From Scyliorhinus canicula (lineage: Eukaryota): 64,000 bases of DNA. Below the pieces are notes generated by a model. That model saw nothing but the letters and a program-made list of their open reading frames with translations, ran no database searches and was not told where the DNA came from. The stretch is from positions 78,175,790 through 78,239,789 of the forward strand of contig NC_052150.1 in assembly GCF_902713615.1 (NCBI RefSeq), read 5' to 3'. Position numbers and translations under genes: made by a program. The number at the start of each line of letters is the position of its first letter. Position 1 is the first letter of the stretch. This document shows positions 1 to 14,579 of this stretch, piece by piece.

Positions 1-3000
1 GCTAAAAGTCTGATCCAGTAAACAGAACTGAAATAGAAAACCAGTCTATAAACGCCATATCCAGTTTGATTGTTGGGTAATATGAAAATTATATATTAGA
101 TTCCCACGTGCACGACGGTTTTACCATGCATTTCTATTTATTCCACTTAAAGTGAATGTACTGTAATACTGTATATCGTATTCCTATAGAAATGAGGAAG
201 CATTAGTGCTTCCTCTTTCAAATTATTTTACTGCGCTAATCAACCCCAAAACAATTATCTGTTACTTTGCTCATAAACAGAAAAACACGATGGCTGCGGA
301 ACCCCCTAAATTCACTGAAAGGGGGCCCAAGAAGATTCATCACGTTCTCACAGAACATGCAGCTGCACAGGTTTACAAATAGGAAACTGCGTTAAGCTAA
401 CAGTGCGCCCTGCACTGAATTTCTTGAAGAAGCTCATTTGCAAAGCTTAGGCAAAATTCTATTGTGCCCAAACGACAAACTAGCATAGATTGCTATTGAA
501 AAATGTGCTGTCCTTTCGGTGCCCTTACACAGACGAAACGTAAGGACGTCACATTTCAGATTTGATGGCGACCACCGCTTGATTTTACTCCTCGGAACTT
601 TTTGACTTGTTTCACGCATATACTTTTTCTGCGTTACGCTTCAGTTAATTGGTTAAATTGCACAGTAGCTGGGTTCGAAAAATTATTTTAAACACTGATT
701 AATGAGATGGAGTGGAAGGATATGTACAGATATTATATCTGATAGCTCTCGATTACGTGCCTCAACCAAGATTTTGACAATAGCTTCATTTCAGAAGGAG
801 CACAGACTTTAGATTTACATTTAGACTGCCAGTCAGATTTACACGTGATTAAAGAGATTTTTGCGGGGAAACTGAACCTCTGCAATTTCAGATCAAACCT
901 TCTGTTGTGACAGAAATTAAGTGCGTTATTGAAAATATATGTTTCACCTATGGAACAAATGGGTTTAACGCTGCCCATCGTGTTTTTCTTCAGTGTAGGG
1001 GTTACATAAGGAAGCATATTAAAATGCACCCCATTACCACCCCCTCCCCCCAAGCTGCCTCAGTTTACATACAGATATGGTGGCAGCCCCAGAAGCATAG
1101 ACAAACTATCTTCTAAAACGCAGTTCCACGCAGTTCTCTTCAGAAATAAGTGATTCCCTCGGACACACACGTGCACATATCCTACTTACTAAATATTTAT
1201 TAAATATATGGAAAAATAATATTCTCTACGTTTATGGGAATACGTAATTGCATCGTCGATGCAAGGTAGATCGGAAATTCAATACTTCTGGAAAAGACCC
1301 CATAACGACTATCTTTCCATCGGTTCCCACAGAATATCTACACTGTGCAACGTATATGATCACGCAGTTTAGATATTTACATGTTTAACCCCTTGAATAT
1401 ACATTGTGTACCCCTGCTGGCACCAAATTCACCTACCCTAAGCCCACCCCAACCCCCCAACCCACTTTGGAGTCTCATATCTTAGACAGGAAAGTTTTAG
1501 TGCTTTCTGCGAGTGAATAAATACTTCAAAAGCACAGGTCCTTGTGCAATGTGAAACGAAATAACACGTTATCATTAATGTTTAGGAAAACAATTACAAG
1601 TACATCAATTGTAAATTTAATAACTGACATGTAATGTTAGAATGCATGCCACTGTAGCACTGGGTGATACTAAAAATTGTTTTGTCATGTCGTAAAAAGG
1701 ATTTAAGTGATTTGGACAGATGATATATTAAACTGTCATATTTAAATGTAAACTAATACAATGGAAATTACAACAGATTGACGCGATTGACATGGCCGAT
1801 CCGGAACTTCAATACTGATATTGTCGCTGATTTCCTCTATTTACCGGAGGATCTTTATAGCACGTCGTAAAATTGGCCTAATTGCAGAGGAATGTTTTGA
1901 GTTGAAATTCTACAAGGTTAATTACTTTCTACCATATTATCGTTTTTAAACATGTGGCCGCCTGCCATCTCCACTCCCACTGCGATAAGTTGGATTTGTC
2001 CATACAGAGAGAACGCTCAAGTCTTCCAAAAATGTTGCATTTTTCTTTAAAAACACTTTATCTTCAAGCAGTTAATTACACATGTGGGTCTCCATATACA
2101 CACTAGACGAGCGGAAGCTTCAAAGAATGAAAAGCCGGTCATAAAGTTTATGGTTCGTCAGTCACAACTGTGGGATACCTGCAATTCACCAAAAGCTATG
2201 TTGGTGTTACAGAAGTCAGATTTAAAGTTGCTGTAACTCTTCCGCTGGCTATATTTCAAAGGTTTTTTCCCCCTCTCAAGAATGTTTATATTGCACATAG
2301 ACCCCATTCCAGGCTATTTGGCTTAGGACTTTTATGTTCTTCCGCATTCACATATTTATTTAAACATGTGCACTTGCAGTCCTCAAGAGAATGTTTCTTT
2401 TGGTCGCCATAAAAGTTAAATTTAAAATAAGGCGGGGATTGGTTGGATGCTTTCTAAGATATTGCATGGCACCCTAATCAGCTAGAGTGTGACGACAGAG
2501 GATATGCTGTAATACTGGGTCAGAGTAAGTTGCTAATGCTTGCACAATACGCATTAAACTATCATGTACTGCAGCTCCCCAAAATACATGGCAATTAAAG
2601 CGACTGAATCTACACTTTGCAACACATACCAGGAGGATTATACTTCCCTCAAGAAAACACAAATAAACAAATGACACAACAGAGCCTGCGGGGAAAGAAC
2701 CCATGAAAATCCCACACACTAAGGTACTGGACAATGCCAGTAACATTTAATGAAAATTAATTTAATATCTCCTAAAAGCTTTTCACACATGAGATATTTC
2801 AAAATTGGAGACCACCAGTCTCTCCAAAAGTTATTTCTTTCCTAATCTTGCCCATTCATGCTTTTTCTTGAAGATCTGGTTTGTTAAGTAAAAGCTCAAT
2901 GCGAATACAGAAAGGAACTAATCAAGTAGCTGGCGCAGACATGTTTCTGCCTCAGTGCACTCTGGGTGTTGCTTAAGGCCCATTTTACTGGGCCAAAACT

Positions 3001-3234
3001 CCTCGTGAAAAGTCATCAGCGTTAATATTTCAACAAAATTTACCTTGTCTTGCAAGAAAACACAACTTTCCTGTACAGTGGAGTTGTGGAGCTGGGGATA
3101 GTCCTCTGAACATGAAAATTAGCCATTTGAGTGGCCTGCCTGCACACGCAATCTGCAAAGGAACCAAATGAAGTCCAGCGTCAGTGCGATTATATGTTAT
3201 GTAGAATATAGTGTTGGTTGTCAACTCCCCAAAA

Positions 3235-3507
3235 CCATAAAACTTACTTTAATGACACCACGTGATGTTTTATAGCCAGTGAGGCTATCAGTCTGTGCTA
3301 TGGATGATTTTACGATCTAATTCATAGACAAAACCCTATTCATTTGGCACCCAAATGTCATATAGCCGGAACTGAGGTGTATAAAAGTTTATTGATTATA
3401 ACTTTAGAGGACAAGCACTCACTAAGCAGAAAGGGTAAAAGTGCTGATCCCCCCTTGCTATCAGGAACTAAGAGGCGGATGTTCTGTCCTGTCTTCACGC
3501 GGTAAGT
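3235..3507 (+). promoter_or_regulatory. Element 3' of HoxA5: Hox/Cdx site cluster, antisense core promoter and short first exon (HOXA-AS3-like)
   Basis: CACGTG 3259-3264, TGATTTTACGA Pbx/Hox-like site, TATAAAAG 3380-3387 and donor GCG|GTAAGT at 3502. Confidence 0.55.
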
Positions 3508-4878
3508 AAAGTTAACTCTCTAAAGTGAAAATAAATACCTGTTGGGAAACGTTTACTCTGCACTTTGGTCGAGGAGTTGAAAGAACGTGACTAACGCCTA
3601 CCTGCGGGACAAAGTGGTTGAAGTGCTTCAGGGTTCACTTTTTCCTCAGGCCAAGACTATAGATTTCTCAGTAATCATGTCTATAAAGGGGGGCTGAGTA
3701 AATGCAGGAAGAGCAACAGCAACAACAAAGAAATTGGGCATTAGCGGAAAATGTGTAGTTGAGCAAACGGCGTTGAAGTGCGCAACAGACAGGACGCATG
3801 AATATTGCTATAAGAGGCGAACACATTTAATACTAATTGCGTAAATATGCCAAATTCCAATGTAGCATTCAGATTTAAATTCTATATTTGTTACTTCTTA
3901 CAAAATTCCAACATTTGCAATAATCAAGAATTGAGAAAAATCTGGTTGTTGAACGTCCGACTTGATACATTTGCACTACTTGATTGCCTGTCGTAAACCC
4001 AAATTGCAAGGTTCCCATCTGGAGGAGTGGTGCAAAGTTGTCCAGACGAGGGCAAACCTAATCCTTTTAGTGTGAGTTTTCGACTCAAAACACGAAGCAG
4101 TTTAATTCACAGGACAGCAGACACAACATAAATACTTAATCTGGGAGGCCAAGGTCCAGGAAAGTTACTATAGAAACTTTATTTTAACTTCCAGTCAGTT
4201 TTAAAAACAAATACAAAAGCTCATCACGAATTTCTTATACCTCCAGTCTTTTAGGCTTTATATTTATCCTTTGTCACAAAAAAACATACATTGACGCTGC
4301 GCTAAGAGCCACTTATTGGAGTTCGTGCAAAGTCATACAAAGGCACAGCATAGACATACAGTTCAAAGTCGCAATATCCTTCACATATTTCACTGCTCAC
4401 TAATAACACAGAATAGGTAGCATCTCAGTGATTTAACACTACGATATCAATTACAGAGAACGATGGCCTGAAATTAAATACGTATTGCAAGCTTGGAGCT
4501 ATTTTGACATTTAGCAACACGAACACTTACACACACCTTTTTTTCAGAGTGCAACACATAATTACATTTTTACTGGACGATTTTATACAGTTACTTCAAG
4601 TAACACCGCTTGTATTAATATAAATAAGTTAAACAGCTATAATTCACAAAGCTATCCTACTGCTACAACATTGTTGTTACTCCTAGACAATATACTGTAA
4701 GCAGATTACTCGTACAGGCAACAGTACGGCCAGAAAACAGACTAACGATTCAAAGATTGGAATACGGCAACATGGAAATGATTTTCTTCATAGAAGTAAC
4801 ACGGGAAAAGAGTTTTGGAAGTCAGTACTGTATTGACATTATGCTAATTGGTCAGCTACTGCCCAGTACTTCTATTGA

Positions 4879-5160
<282 letters not shown>

Positions 5161-5605
5161 TTAGTGCTATCAGTACATTGTCGAATATGGAACACATTTA
5201 TAAAATGCAAAAAGACCAACTCAAAGCAGAAAACCCGAAATCTAGCCCAGGCATGTCTAGGCTAGCTGCTGCGCTCTTTCCTACACCTTAATAACAAAAT
5301 GACTTCAGAAACTTAGCTGGAGCTAAATGTTAAAGTGCCCACTTCGACAAAGCTGCCCCATAATAAACCACACCTTTTTTTCTATTGCCCAATTCTTATT
5401 TCTTCTTACATTGCTGATACGTAACTAGACATCTTATTCACAAATATCCCATCACCCATTTTTTCCCAAATATAACAGCAACTTTTATAAAAAGGCAACC
5501 CTAGCAACGATACTGAGAACCATTAACGTGTACAATTTAGCGTTTTGGTGTGCCAGAGTAATTTAGGACTCCACTAATGTAAAGATAAGAGAAGAGGTAT
5601 TTTAC

Positions 5606-6179
5606 CGTGACTTATGTGCAGTTTTCGCATCCAGGGATAAATCTGAGGCTGTTGTTGTGCTGTGCTTTGCCCGTTCTGTGAACTTGGAGGGTCGCTGCTT
5701 GCCGGGGTGTCATCCTCAGTACCAGGCGACGTGCCAATCCCATCTCTACTGATGTGACTGCTGCTGCTGCTGGAATTTGAGGAGGTAGTTGGGCTTGCTA
5801 TGGAGTTTTTGATTCCGTGGTGGTTGTCGCTGGCAGGAGGACTGACCACGGCGGAACAGGGCAGAGGGTCAGGTGAAGGAGACTGAGTGGATGTGGCAGG
5901 TTGGTTGTACCTGGTATCTGCTTCTGGTCCTGCTGCTGCTGCTGTTGTTGCTGCTGCAGGGTAGCTTCGAGATCTTTCACTGGCATTAAAGTGGTTAGAT
6001 GCAGGGCGACTAATGCTGAGATCCATCCCATTGTAGCCGTAGCCGTACCTGGTGGAATGCATCGTTGCAGAATCCCTGTATTGCTCGCTCACCGAGCTAT
6101 GATCTCCATAATTATGTAACTGGTAGTCCGGGCCATTTGGATAGCGACCGCAGAATGAGTTTACAAAGTAAGAGCTCAT
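5606..6179 (-). CDS. HOXA5: HoxA5 exon 1 (spliced protein 274 aa)
   Basis: Starts [29 protein letters not shown] and has the hexapeptide [12 protein letters not shown]. Phase-1 donor G|GTAAAA at 5605. Confidence 0.97.
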
Positions 6180-6400
6180 TTGATTTTTTTATTTATTTAT
6201 TTTTTACTTGATTTGTGGCTCTTGGTCGCTTGTGCGTCTAGCACCCTGCACAATTTATGATGAATTATGGAAATGACTGGGACATGTACTTCGTTCCCTC
6301 CTACGTAGGCGCCCAAATATGGGGCACGACTTAGAATCACGTGCTTTTGTTGTCCAGTCGTAAATTCTCGCTGATGACCTCTAGAGGTAAATCCGTGCAC
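6180..6400 (-). promoter_or_regulatory. HoxA5 5'UTR and core promoter (highly conserved block)
   Basis: E-box CACGTG 6338-6343, CArG-like CCAAATATGG 6313-6322, palindrome ACCTCTAGAGGT 6377-6388 and a GTCGTAAA Hox site. Near-identical to the human HOXA5 upstream sequence as I recall it. Confidence 0.8.
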
Positions 6401-6499
6401 TGTGGCTACAAACGGGAAGGTTGCGTGGAAGGAAGAGCATGGGCCGCGCGCACGGGGGCGCGCCGCCGGCTCCCAGCAGCAGCTTTGGGTTGTCCTTGC

Positions 6500-6513
6500 G
6501 CGCCACCCTCTGG
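6500..6513 (-). promoter_or_regulatory. CTCF motif at the HoxA5|A6 boundary
   Basis: CCAGAGGGTGGCGC versus consensus CCASYAGRKGGCRS; position matches the mammalian C5|6 site. Confidence 0.7.
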
Positions 6514-8201
6514 AGACTGAGGCTAGGAATCCTGTGGTTCTGATGAACGGGGTAATAGGTCTCGGGTCGAATTAAGGCTACCACACATTTCAAACGTAGC
6601 CGTTACATTTCGTAGTATAAATCACATAAAACAATGTAGAGGGCATCTTTCAAACAAAAAAAAGATCAACGCCAGACAATGGTACATTTGTTCAATCCCC
6701 AGCCGCTGATTTTTTTAAGTGCTCCCGCTGCTAGTGTTATTAAATGGGACTTGCTGTTTTCTTCCAAATGATTTGGTTTGCTTTTTTAAAAATCAGATTT
6801 AATTTTAATCATCATGTGTTCTGTGTTTTCATACGTCTTGGCTATCATCGCTAACTTGTTCAGGGAAAATCGGTATCGTACAACAACAAAATGCCAATTC
6901 TTTCAAATGCTACTCTTGTTTAAAATCTGTTGTGTCCGTATAGCTCATGGTACTGAGGATTTATTCACGTATTGGTGGACATTTCGAAGCCATCGCAACC
7001 CTAAACTATTAAACCAACCTTCACGTTCTTAAAAATCATGTCACGTATATTGAAAATGAGTTCAAATCGTTCCATTTACTTTCGAACAGGGTCCTTGTAA
7101 AAACAGATTCCCCTTTTCATTGGTGAATAAACATTGCCTTGTGCCTAAATTTACGTGGAAACAATTTCTTCACACACAGTATTGTGTTGGTTCGATTGGG
7201 GTGAAAGGCTATACAGTAGTTAACAAAGGAAAGTCCACTTTACAAATAGTCATTCACCTCATCAAAACAAGGGTGTTTATCTCCGATACTGTTTCTCGAT
7301 TTGCTGGGATAAACACCATGAAGAATGTTTCATAATTTAACCGGGGGGTTCGTCTTTAGTTGTGCGTTTAGTGAAAATTGCCGCATTTAATGGACCCAGA
7401 AACTAAATAGTCATTCCTACCACGTATACTGTTTTTTTTCTCTCTCTCGCTCTCTCTGAAACAAGGACATCTACCGATTCAATTTCACAGTGCTAAGTTT
7501 CATTTCACAGCTTATTTCATACAAAAAAGTTTTCGGCAGCTTTAGCTGAGTGCTAAACTCTTAGAAATCGGATAGCTTATTTATATATATATTACTGTAT
7601 ATATTTTGTATATATTTAAGAAAATCTTATTTCAATTTAAGAGCGATAGCGTTGGCAGGCTGATTTTATTTATCCTACAGCTGTCAAGTCAAAAGCAAAT
7701 ATAAATGTTTCTCTCGGTGGGGAAAACATGGCACAAGCTTACTGAACTCTGTGGCCTCTGAATTAGACAAAAACCCTAACAAAATGAAATATTGCGGTAA
7801 AAATATTGACACATACAATACAATATTTATCAATAGCAAATGGTCATATCGACTACGCTCATTATTTGAAGACTCAAATAATACCTAAGACTATCCATTG
7901 AAACAATTAGGATACTATTTGTGGAGTAAATAATCACATAGTAACGACAATTGAAGCAGAAACATTCACACTTCGCAATTGGAAAACAATTAATCCTAAA
8001 TACCGTATAGTTATAGTATCCTGTGGAATGCAAAGCTATTTGAACACTTCCTCTACCACTTACATTGACACAAACTCAAAGGGAGGGCAACGAAAACAAA
8101 CAGAAATACGAATATTGTTGTCTGCACTGTTTGGCGGAATGAGCACATTAAGAACTCACTCCCAAACAGAAAGGCCCAGACTTGCTTTCAAATTCGCGCT
8201 C

Positions 8202-8507
<306 letters not shown>

Positions 8508-8659
8508 CTAATATTGTCAAATGAAGGATATTGTTCAATTTGCCGACTCCAGTAAGTGTGCTGCATTTTACGTAACAATTGACATATGCATGCACTCTTT
8601 ACGTAAAGTTGTAACTATGGGTCAAGTTTAATTTATTATTTTCGACTGTAAATACTCAC

Positions 8660-9089
8660 TAGAACTCGAATTCATTCGTTGCATCCAAGGATAAATTGGA
8701 GTACTGTACTTCCGGTCGTTTCCTTCTTCACTTAAAATTTTGTTTTGCGCACAATCTGTTTTGTAATGTTGGTCTGAGGAAAAGAAGTCATCCTGGGCTC
8801 TATGCTTCCCACTGCCGGATGGCGAGACACTAGCTAGATCCTTTTCAGGATAGAAACACGAAGCTCCATACTCATACGATGCTCGATTGCAAGCTATTAC
8901 TGAGTTGGATTGTTGATAATAACAAGGTGACGAGTAACTCTTGTCCTGGAGCGTCGCTGCCCCATAGGAAGCAGGAAAGTGCCTTAGAGCATCATACCCC
9001 GTTGTATAGAGTGGGATCTGTCCGAGGAAGGAGTCCTGGCCACTGGGCAGTGAAACAGGGAAAGTAGGGTTCACGAAATACGAACTCAT
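8660..9089 (-). CDS. HOXA6: HoxA6 exon 1 (spliced protein 229 aa)
   Basis: ATG at 9089, [28 protein letters not shown]...[10 protein letters not shown]. Donor A|GTGAGT; 198-bp intron. Confidence 0.96.
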
Positions 9090-12000
9090 TTGCTCCACAC
9101 TCTGTAGTAATATGATTTGTTATGTATTAGTACACAATGTGGTTTAGCTATTAGTAGTCATCGAGGTGGTTTTGTTTCAGGATGGCCGAGCGCCAAAGCG
9201 ACAGCAGCAAATATAACCAGCTGATCAGTCTCTGACCAATAGAAACAGACTTTGGTTCAAAAAACTCCCTGGAGATCCGGCGACTGTGCGAGCAAAGTTA
9301 CAAACAACCAAATCAGTTCTGAAGTATAACAGAGGTGGTTTTAATGGAATATTAGTGACCCAATGAGAACACTATTAGGTTACAGAATATAGATATGCAT
9401 ATTTATTCCATATAACCTCACATAGGCAAGTGTGATTCTGCATTACGCATTCAACAATAGCTGGATCAACAATGATTAGAAGATAGATGATAGAATATAG
9501 AGGGTACTTAGAAATAAATCAACAAATCTCTAGTTCTGTAGCTGTGCGTTCTAGATAGACTCACAGAGTCGTTTAGATAGGTAAACAACCGTTGCAAGAA
9601 TTGAGTATTTCTGTAAATTCCTCTTTCTATTTGTATTTGTCGTTTTACGAGCACCAACATTTCCTTTGCTAGCTTATGGAGACCACTTGAGAAACATCAG
9701 ACATCAGCCCCTCCATAATATGCATCTCTGTCCATTTTCAACTCGGTAAAGAACAATAGCGTCTACAACTAGCGAGACCCACAACATCATGGGTCCCTGA
9801 ATGTTGGATTGAGTAAATGTATCCTGGCAAAATAAATATAAATAATCTGATGGCAAGGGTGTATATTCAGGGAAATGATTTATAGATTTAATTTTGATAT
9901 TCTTATAAAGAAAATCCCAACAGTAGAGCTCAAAGCGGTTATCTCAGCTTTGAAAGATCTCACAGTAATTGTGTGTAGGAGTAATTGTTATTGCACCAGC
10001 GCTCTTCATTAAAGCCTGCATGCAATACATGTGCATTTCGTACACAAACGCCACAGTACTTCTGGAAAAAAAAGTATTTAACCAACGTTCACCGGGTTTG
10101 TTTAAACTGCCAAGCGACCTGCAAACACACAGAGGCTCGATTTTATACTTGAGAAGCCTGTATGTGGCTCCCTTCCATCAGAATGTTGTTTTAATTGCAT
10201 CCGATTGAAATTCTCTCATATTCCCCAAATCCCAACTTCGATTTTCCATAATTGCGCACTGTTAAGGTTTTATCGACCATAAAATGGTGGTATGTTTCTT
10301 TTGGAATAATTAGACATTTTTGAACATCTCAATGGAGACATTTGTGTTTTGGAATAACAGAGCATTTACTGCGCACTGAGCGCCGCAGCAGATCGGAGTG
10401 AAAGGACGGAAGCTAAGGGCTCCTTGCTAAAGATCTCATTATCTCGTTAGGTTTCCTTTCCTGTCAACAATGGTTACATCACATACTGAAATACCAAGGG
10501 TGCTGCAAACAATACGTACGTATGTGAGGAATATGCGTCTATATTTTTGTAGGGAAAATATTTAAGCACTCTAGTAAATATTGCTGCAACCCCCATCAGC
10601 GAGCTCGAAACGAGCCAATGATAGGCAATGATTAGAAATTAGGGTGAAATGATTAACGCGGCTGTTTAGTAGTCGGACAATTTTACATTTTCCAACGTTA
10701 GAAATGTTTGTTTGGGATAGATGCTACCTCATTGAACACAAGTTGTTAAATGACCACGAGTGGGTTCATTTTCAGCCCTGAAAGCTTATACCTGTCTCTC
10801 TTTCCTAATTATAGACTGGCTAAAAAACAAACCGAAAGCAGGTCGAAATCAAAAGCTTTTTCTGTTCGAATTGTGAGTATAAGTGCAGCACAATTATGGA
10901 GGATAACGTGCAAGGACACGCCAGCTTCCTACCCTGTTATTAAGGCCGCCGCTTTGCCGCTTTCCCCAGTTTCTGCCCACTAGCCTCCAACCATGTATTG
11001 CAATGTATGTTTTATTCCCCTCCCAATTGTACCTTGCATTTGAATAAATTCGACCTTTTCTCATCAATGTTGATTCTTTGTTGTTTATGCTTTCCTTTCC
11101 GTTTTTTTTTTGCTTTCATTTATTCGTCACGTCCAGGACACAAAAGTGAAGGTTTGATGCTGAAACCTCCACAATTGCTCCACATGTATAATGGGGAATC
11201 TTCACACAAGTTGGTGTGGTGAAAGTGACCGAATTACAGATGAGTAAGAAGGTGATATTAAAATATGGACAAAGGGGCAATGTGTAAAGCACAGCCATTA
11301 TTTTCCAATTAGGTGAACCACTAATAAACACCTCCGGACTGCTGAAATGAAAATGAAATGCTGCATCGGGTTTCAGCAAAACTGGAGAAAACAAGGCAAT
11401 ATAACTAGAGGGCCAAATGGCTACAAAAGGGCGAATAAAAGGTATCCAACAATAATTCGATCTGTATTTATCGTTGAGATGGAAAACAACGCAGAGCAAT
11501 TGGAACCATTGTATCTTTAACGTACACTTTGATTATAGATCTTGGAATTCTATTTTTGGAAAGTAACATAGCTGTTGCAGAAATTAGAGTATCAATTAAT
11601 TCTCCTTCCGTGCAAGATTACAATTAGTTAGAAAATGGACTGTGTAAGATTACAATACAGTCGTTGCGATGTATTCTTTCCGTTGACGTATTTCTATTTC
11701 CTTGCAGGCAGCAAAAACTTCCGAATGATAATACCAACTCAAACATTGGCAACAGATAGAATCTGAAATGTTATGCATTGAAATTTCGCACATTTGGAAT
11801 GGCAGCATGCCAAACGTTTTAGAGAGGGAAAAGAAGCAAAGTTGCAATATTGTAAAATCCACAAGTGTGTAAATTAGATTTTATAATGTCGTTAATAAGG
11901 GGGCATCTCCTGGCCTGAAGCTTATTTGTTCCTGTGGTGATGAGGATTGGTGCAGCCTAATTAGTAACAACAGATGTAACTTCTCTTGGCTTAGGAATTA

Positions 12001-14579
12001 AAACTGGGGCCTAGTTTTGCAGTTATTCGTGTATTTGACTGGGGAAGAAAGATTTTACAAATGAGCATCATTTAAACGCGCACCTAATCCACTTACCTCA
12101 TACTTCTGCCATGAAACAGCACTTCCTCTTTCAAATTGTGGATTGCGGGCCTTGCTTCAAGCTAGCAACCCGCCCGCCTCTTTATATTATTTATTGCTGT
12201 GCTCATATCTCGTTAACAAACTGCCGCTTTTGAAACTGCAACCATTGCAAGGAAACAACACAAATCTTCCCATTGCTTTGCAGTCGCTATAACACCTTCC
12301 CGAACCGCAACCCTTGAAGTGTAAAATTATAATATTATTTGCAATCTCGCGATAATCATAGTTGTATTTTCACAGATAAAGTAAGTCTGCAATATTTTAA
12401 CACCACTAAACGGGCCTATCCATTAAACCCTCGATTAGTTGACGACATCTGTGTTGCAATATAATTTAAACTTCAGGGTTAATTCAAACTCTTTGTTAAA
12501 TTGGAACTCACGTTTATTTCGCTCTTACATAATAATATTATGATCACCAGTAGTCTTACATTAACACCGCAATGAAGTTACTGTGAAAAGCCCCTAGTCA
12601 CATCAGAAAACAACATCTATGAAAACTCTGTTTACCATCATGAATATAGGTCATTATTACAGTTTAAGCATAACATCGAGGACACTTCCTAGATTCACAG
12701 CGAACGGATTTAGTATTTCTCTGCCAGTGTCGCCAACCATAATCTGACTATTCTAATCACAAACACGCATATCTCAGCTTTAACTTTTTTTCATGCATAT
12801 TAACCATTTAATAACGATTGACGAGGACCAAGTAACTATTCTCTAGCATGTATTGCAGCCATACTAAAATTCTACTCAAGTGGCTTAGTGATACACCAGG
12901 CGGACTGGGGGGGGGGGGGGGGGGGGAATCATTCGTTCCTGCGCGCAAAGCTCAGAGTTACAGACATTTTACATCTGAACAATTACTTTCAAGTAAAAGC
13001 GATGCAAATGCCACTGTAATCGAATTCAGTGCATCCTGGTATCATGTTAGCAAATTATTGACTATTGGGCAAGTCCACAGAGCAATGCATAGAACGGTTA
13101 ATTTAAGAATACAAGTCAACCATTTCATCAGGAACACATGACCAGGAGAGACGCTCTGCAGCAGCAACCCACGTTTGCCCACACTCCAAACACACGGTGG
13201 CAGCAACGAGTTCAGCAAGGAGAGCAAACATCAATATCCACGCGAACACACACATTCGCAGGCAGGCTGGGCTAAGTGTCTCAGTGTCAGAGAGACAAGC
13301 TACGCGTTAAGTAAAAACAACAACAGACACATTTACATGCTCACACCCGAGATACGGCGTCTTTGATCATTTCTCATTCCTTGAGCAACATCAGTACAGA
13401 AATAAACTACAAATAATTAGGGGGGGGGGGGGGAGTTAGGAGGGAACGACACCTAGATAAACGCCAGCAAATTGGCTTCAATGCACGACGTGCATGGGTT
13501 TGCTATCAGATTAATTTTCGAAGAAAATAATAAAAATGTTGTTAAAATACATCGCGTCCGATACGAAATTTTCGCCACGCAAGAACGGCGATGCGAGAGA
13601 AATTAGTCACTTTTTCAGTGAAAGACGGGTCGTCGCCATCGCTGGAATCGGCAGGTTATTTATTCGCAACTGAAATAAGTGTGTATGTGTGTGTGGGGGG
13701 CGGGGGGCGGTCTGGGATCTGCAAAAACCTGTATTAATACGAGACGCATGCTCAGGATTCCCTGACATATATGACATTTAAAAAGACAACCAAGGGTTGT
13801 CTTTCACTTCGTGTGATTTTGTTCCTTCTGCAAAATACTTGGAACGAATAACGCGGCTGCCGATGGAATCAAACAGAACGCACGACGTCAAAAGCATTAT
13901 TCACCCTCTTTTGAAAGCAACCCTATTTTAAAAACACTAATACATTAAAAACTGCCTCGAAAACAGTCAGGTTACTTTCAATAAAAGCTCAGCCAATGCT
14001 CCATTTGAGGCAGCACATTCCGACGGTGATCGACACTTTTTGCATCATATCGTTCAACTTTGATAAATTAAAGATCTTTAAAAGGGCGACATTTCCAATA
14101 ACTTTGTTTAAAGGCATTTTTTTGAATGTTTTTTTTTGCAGATCTGGAGTGCTGAGAATAAGGAGTGAGCCTTACCTTGTTGCCGAGTCTGTCCCTCGGC
14201 CTGACAGTCCCGGGCTCTGCACAGACCGGGCATGGTATTTGCTGAGCACCCCTGTCAGTGTTTGCAGAGCCCGTGCTAGTTTGACAGCTGTCCGTTCAGC
14301 TACACTCCCGGCCAATGGCTCTCGCATTCCGCCAGCGGCGTTTGGTGACGGCTTGCAGGAAACAACCCAGCGGATCCGAGCCGGCTCTTTTTAATCCAAT
14401 GCTCCACCTTACGTGGAGGAATTCGTAGCTACCGGCCATGAGACCTGTGCTGAAAGCTTGGATGCATTGAAGCTCCATGAGCAATAATCACTACGCTGGG
14501 AGGGGGTGAAAAAGAACAAAATATGCGTTGGAGAAAGCCCGCAAGCTCTCACATCCGAACCAACACGCGCTTAGCAAAA

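Noticed and set aside
1830-1925. mir-10 or a remnant between Hox4 and Hox5
   Set aside because: Only TTCTACAAGGT resembles the miR-10 complement; the seed is mismatched and there is no hairpin. The expected position may lie outside the window.
5798-6119. Poly-Gln and poly-Cys ORFs
   Set aside because: They are alternative-frame and antisense readings of the GCA/ACA repeat encoding AAATTAAAA in HoxA5 exon 1.
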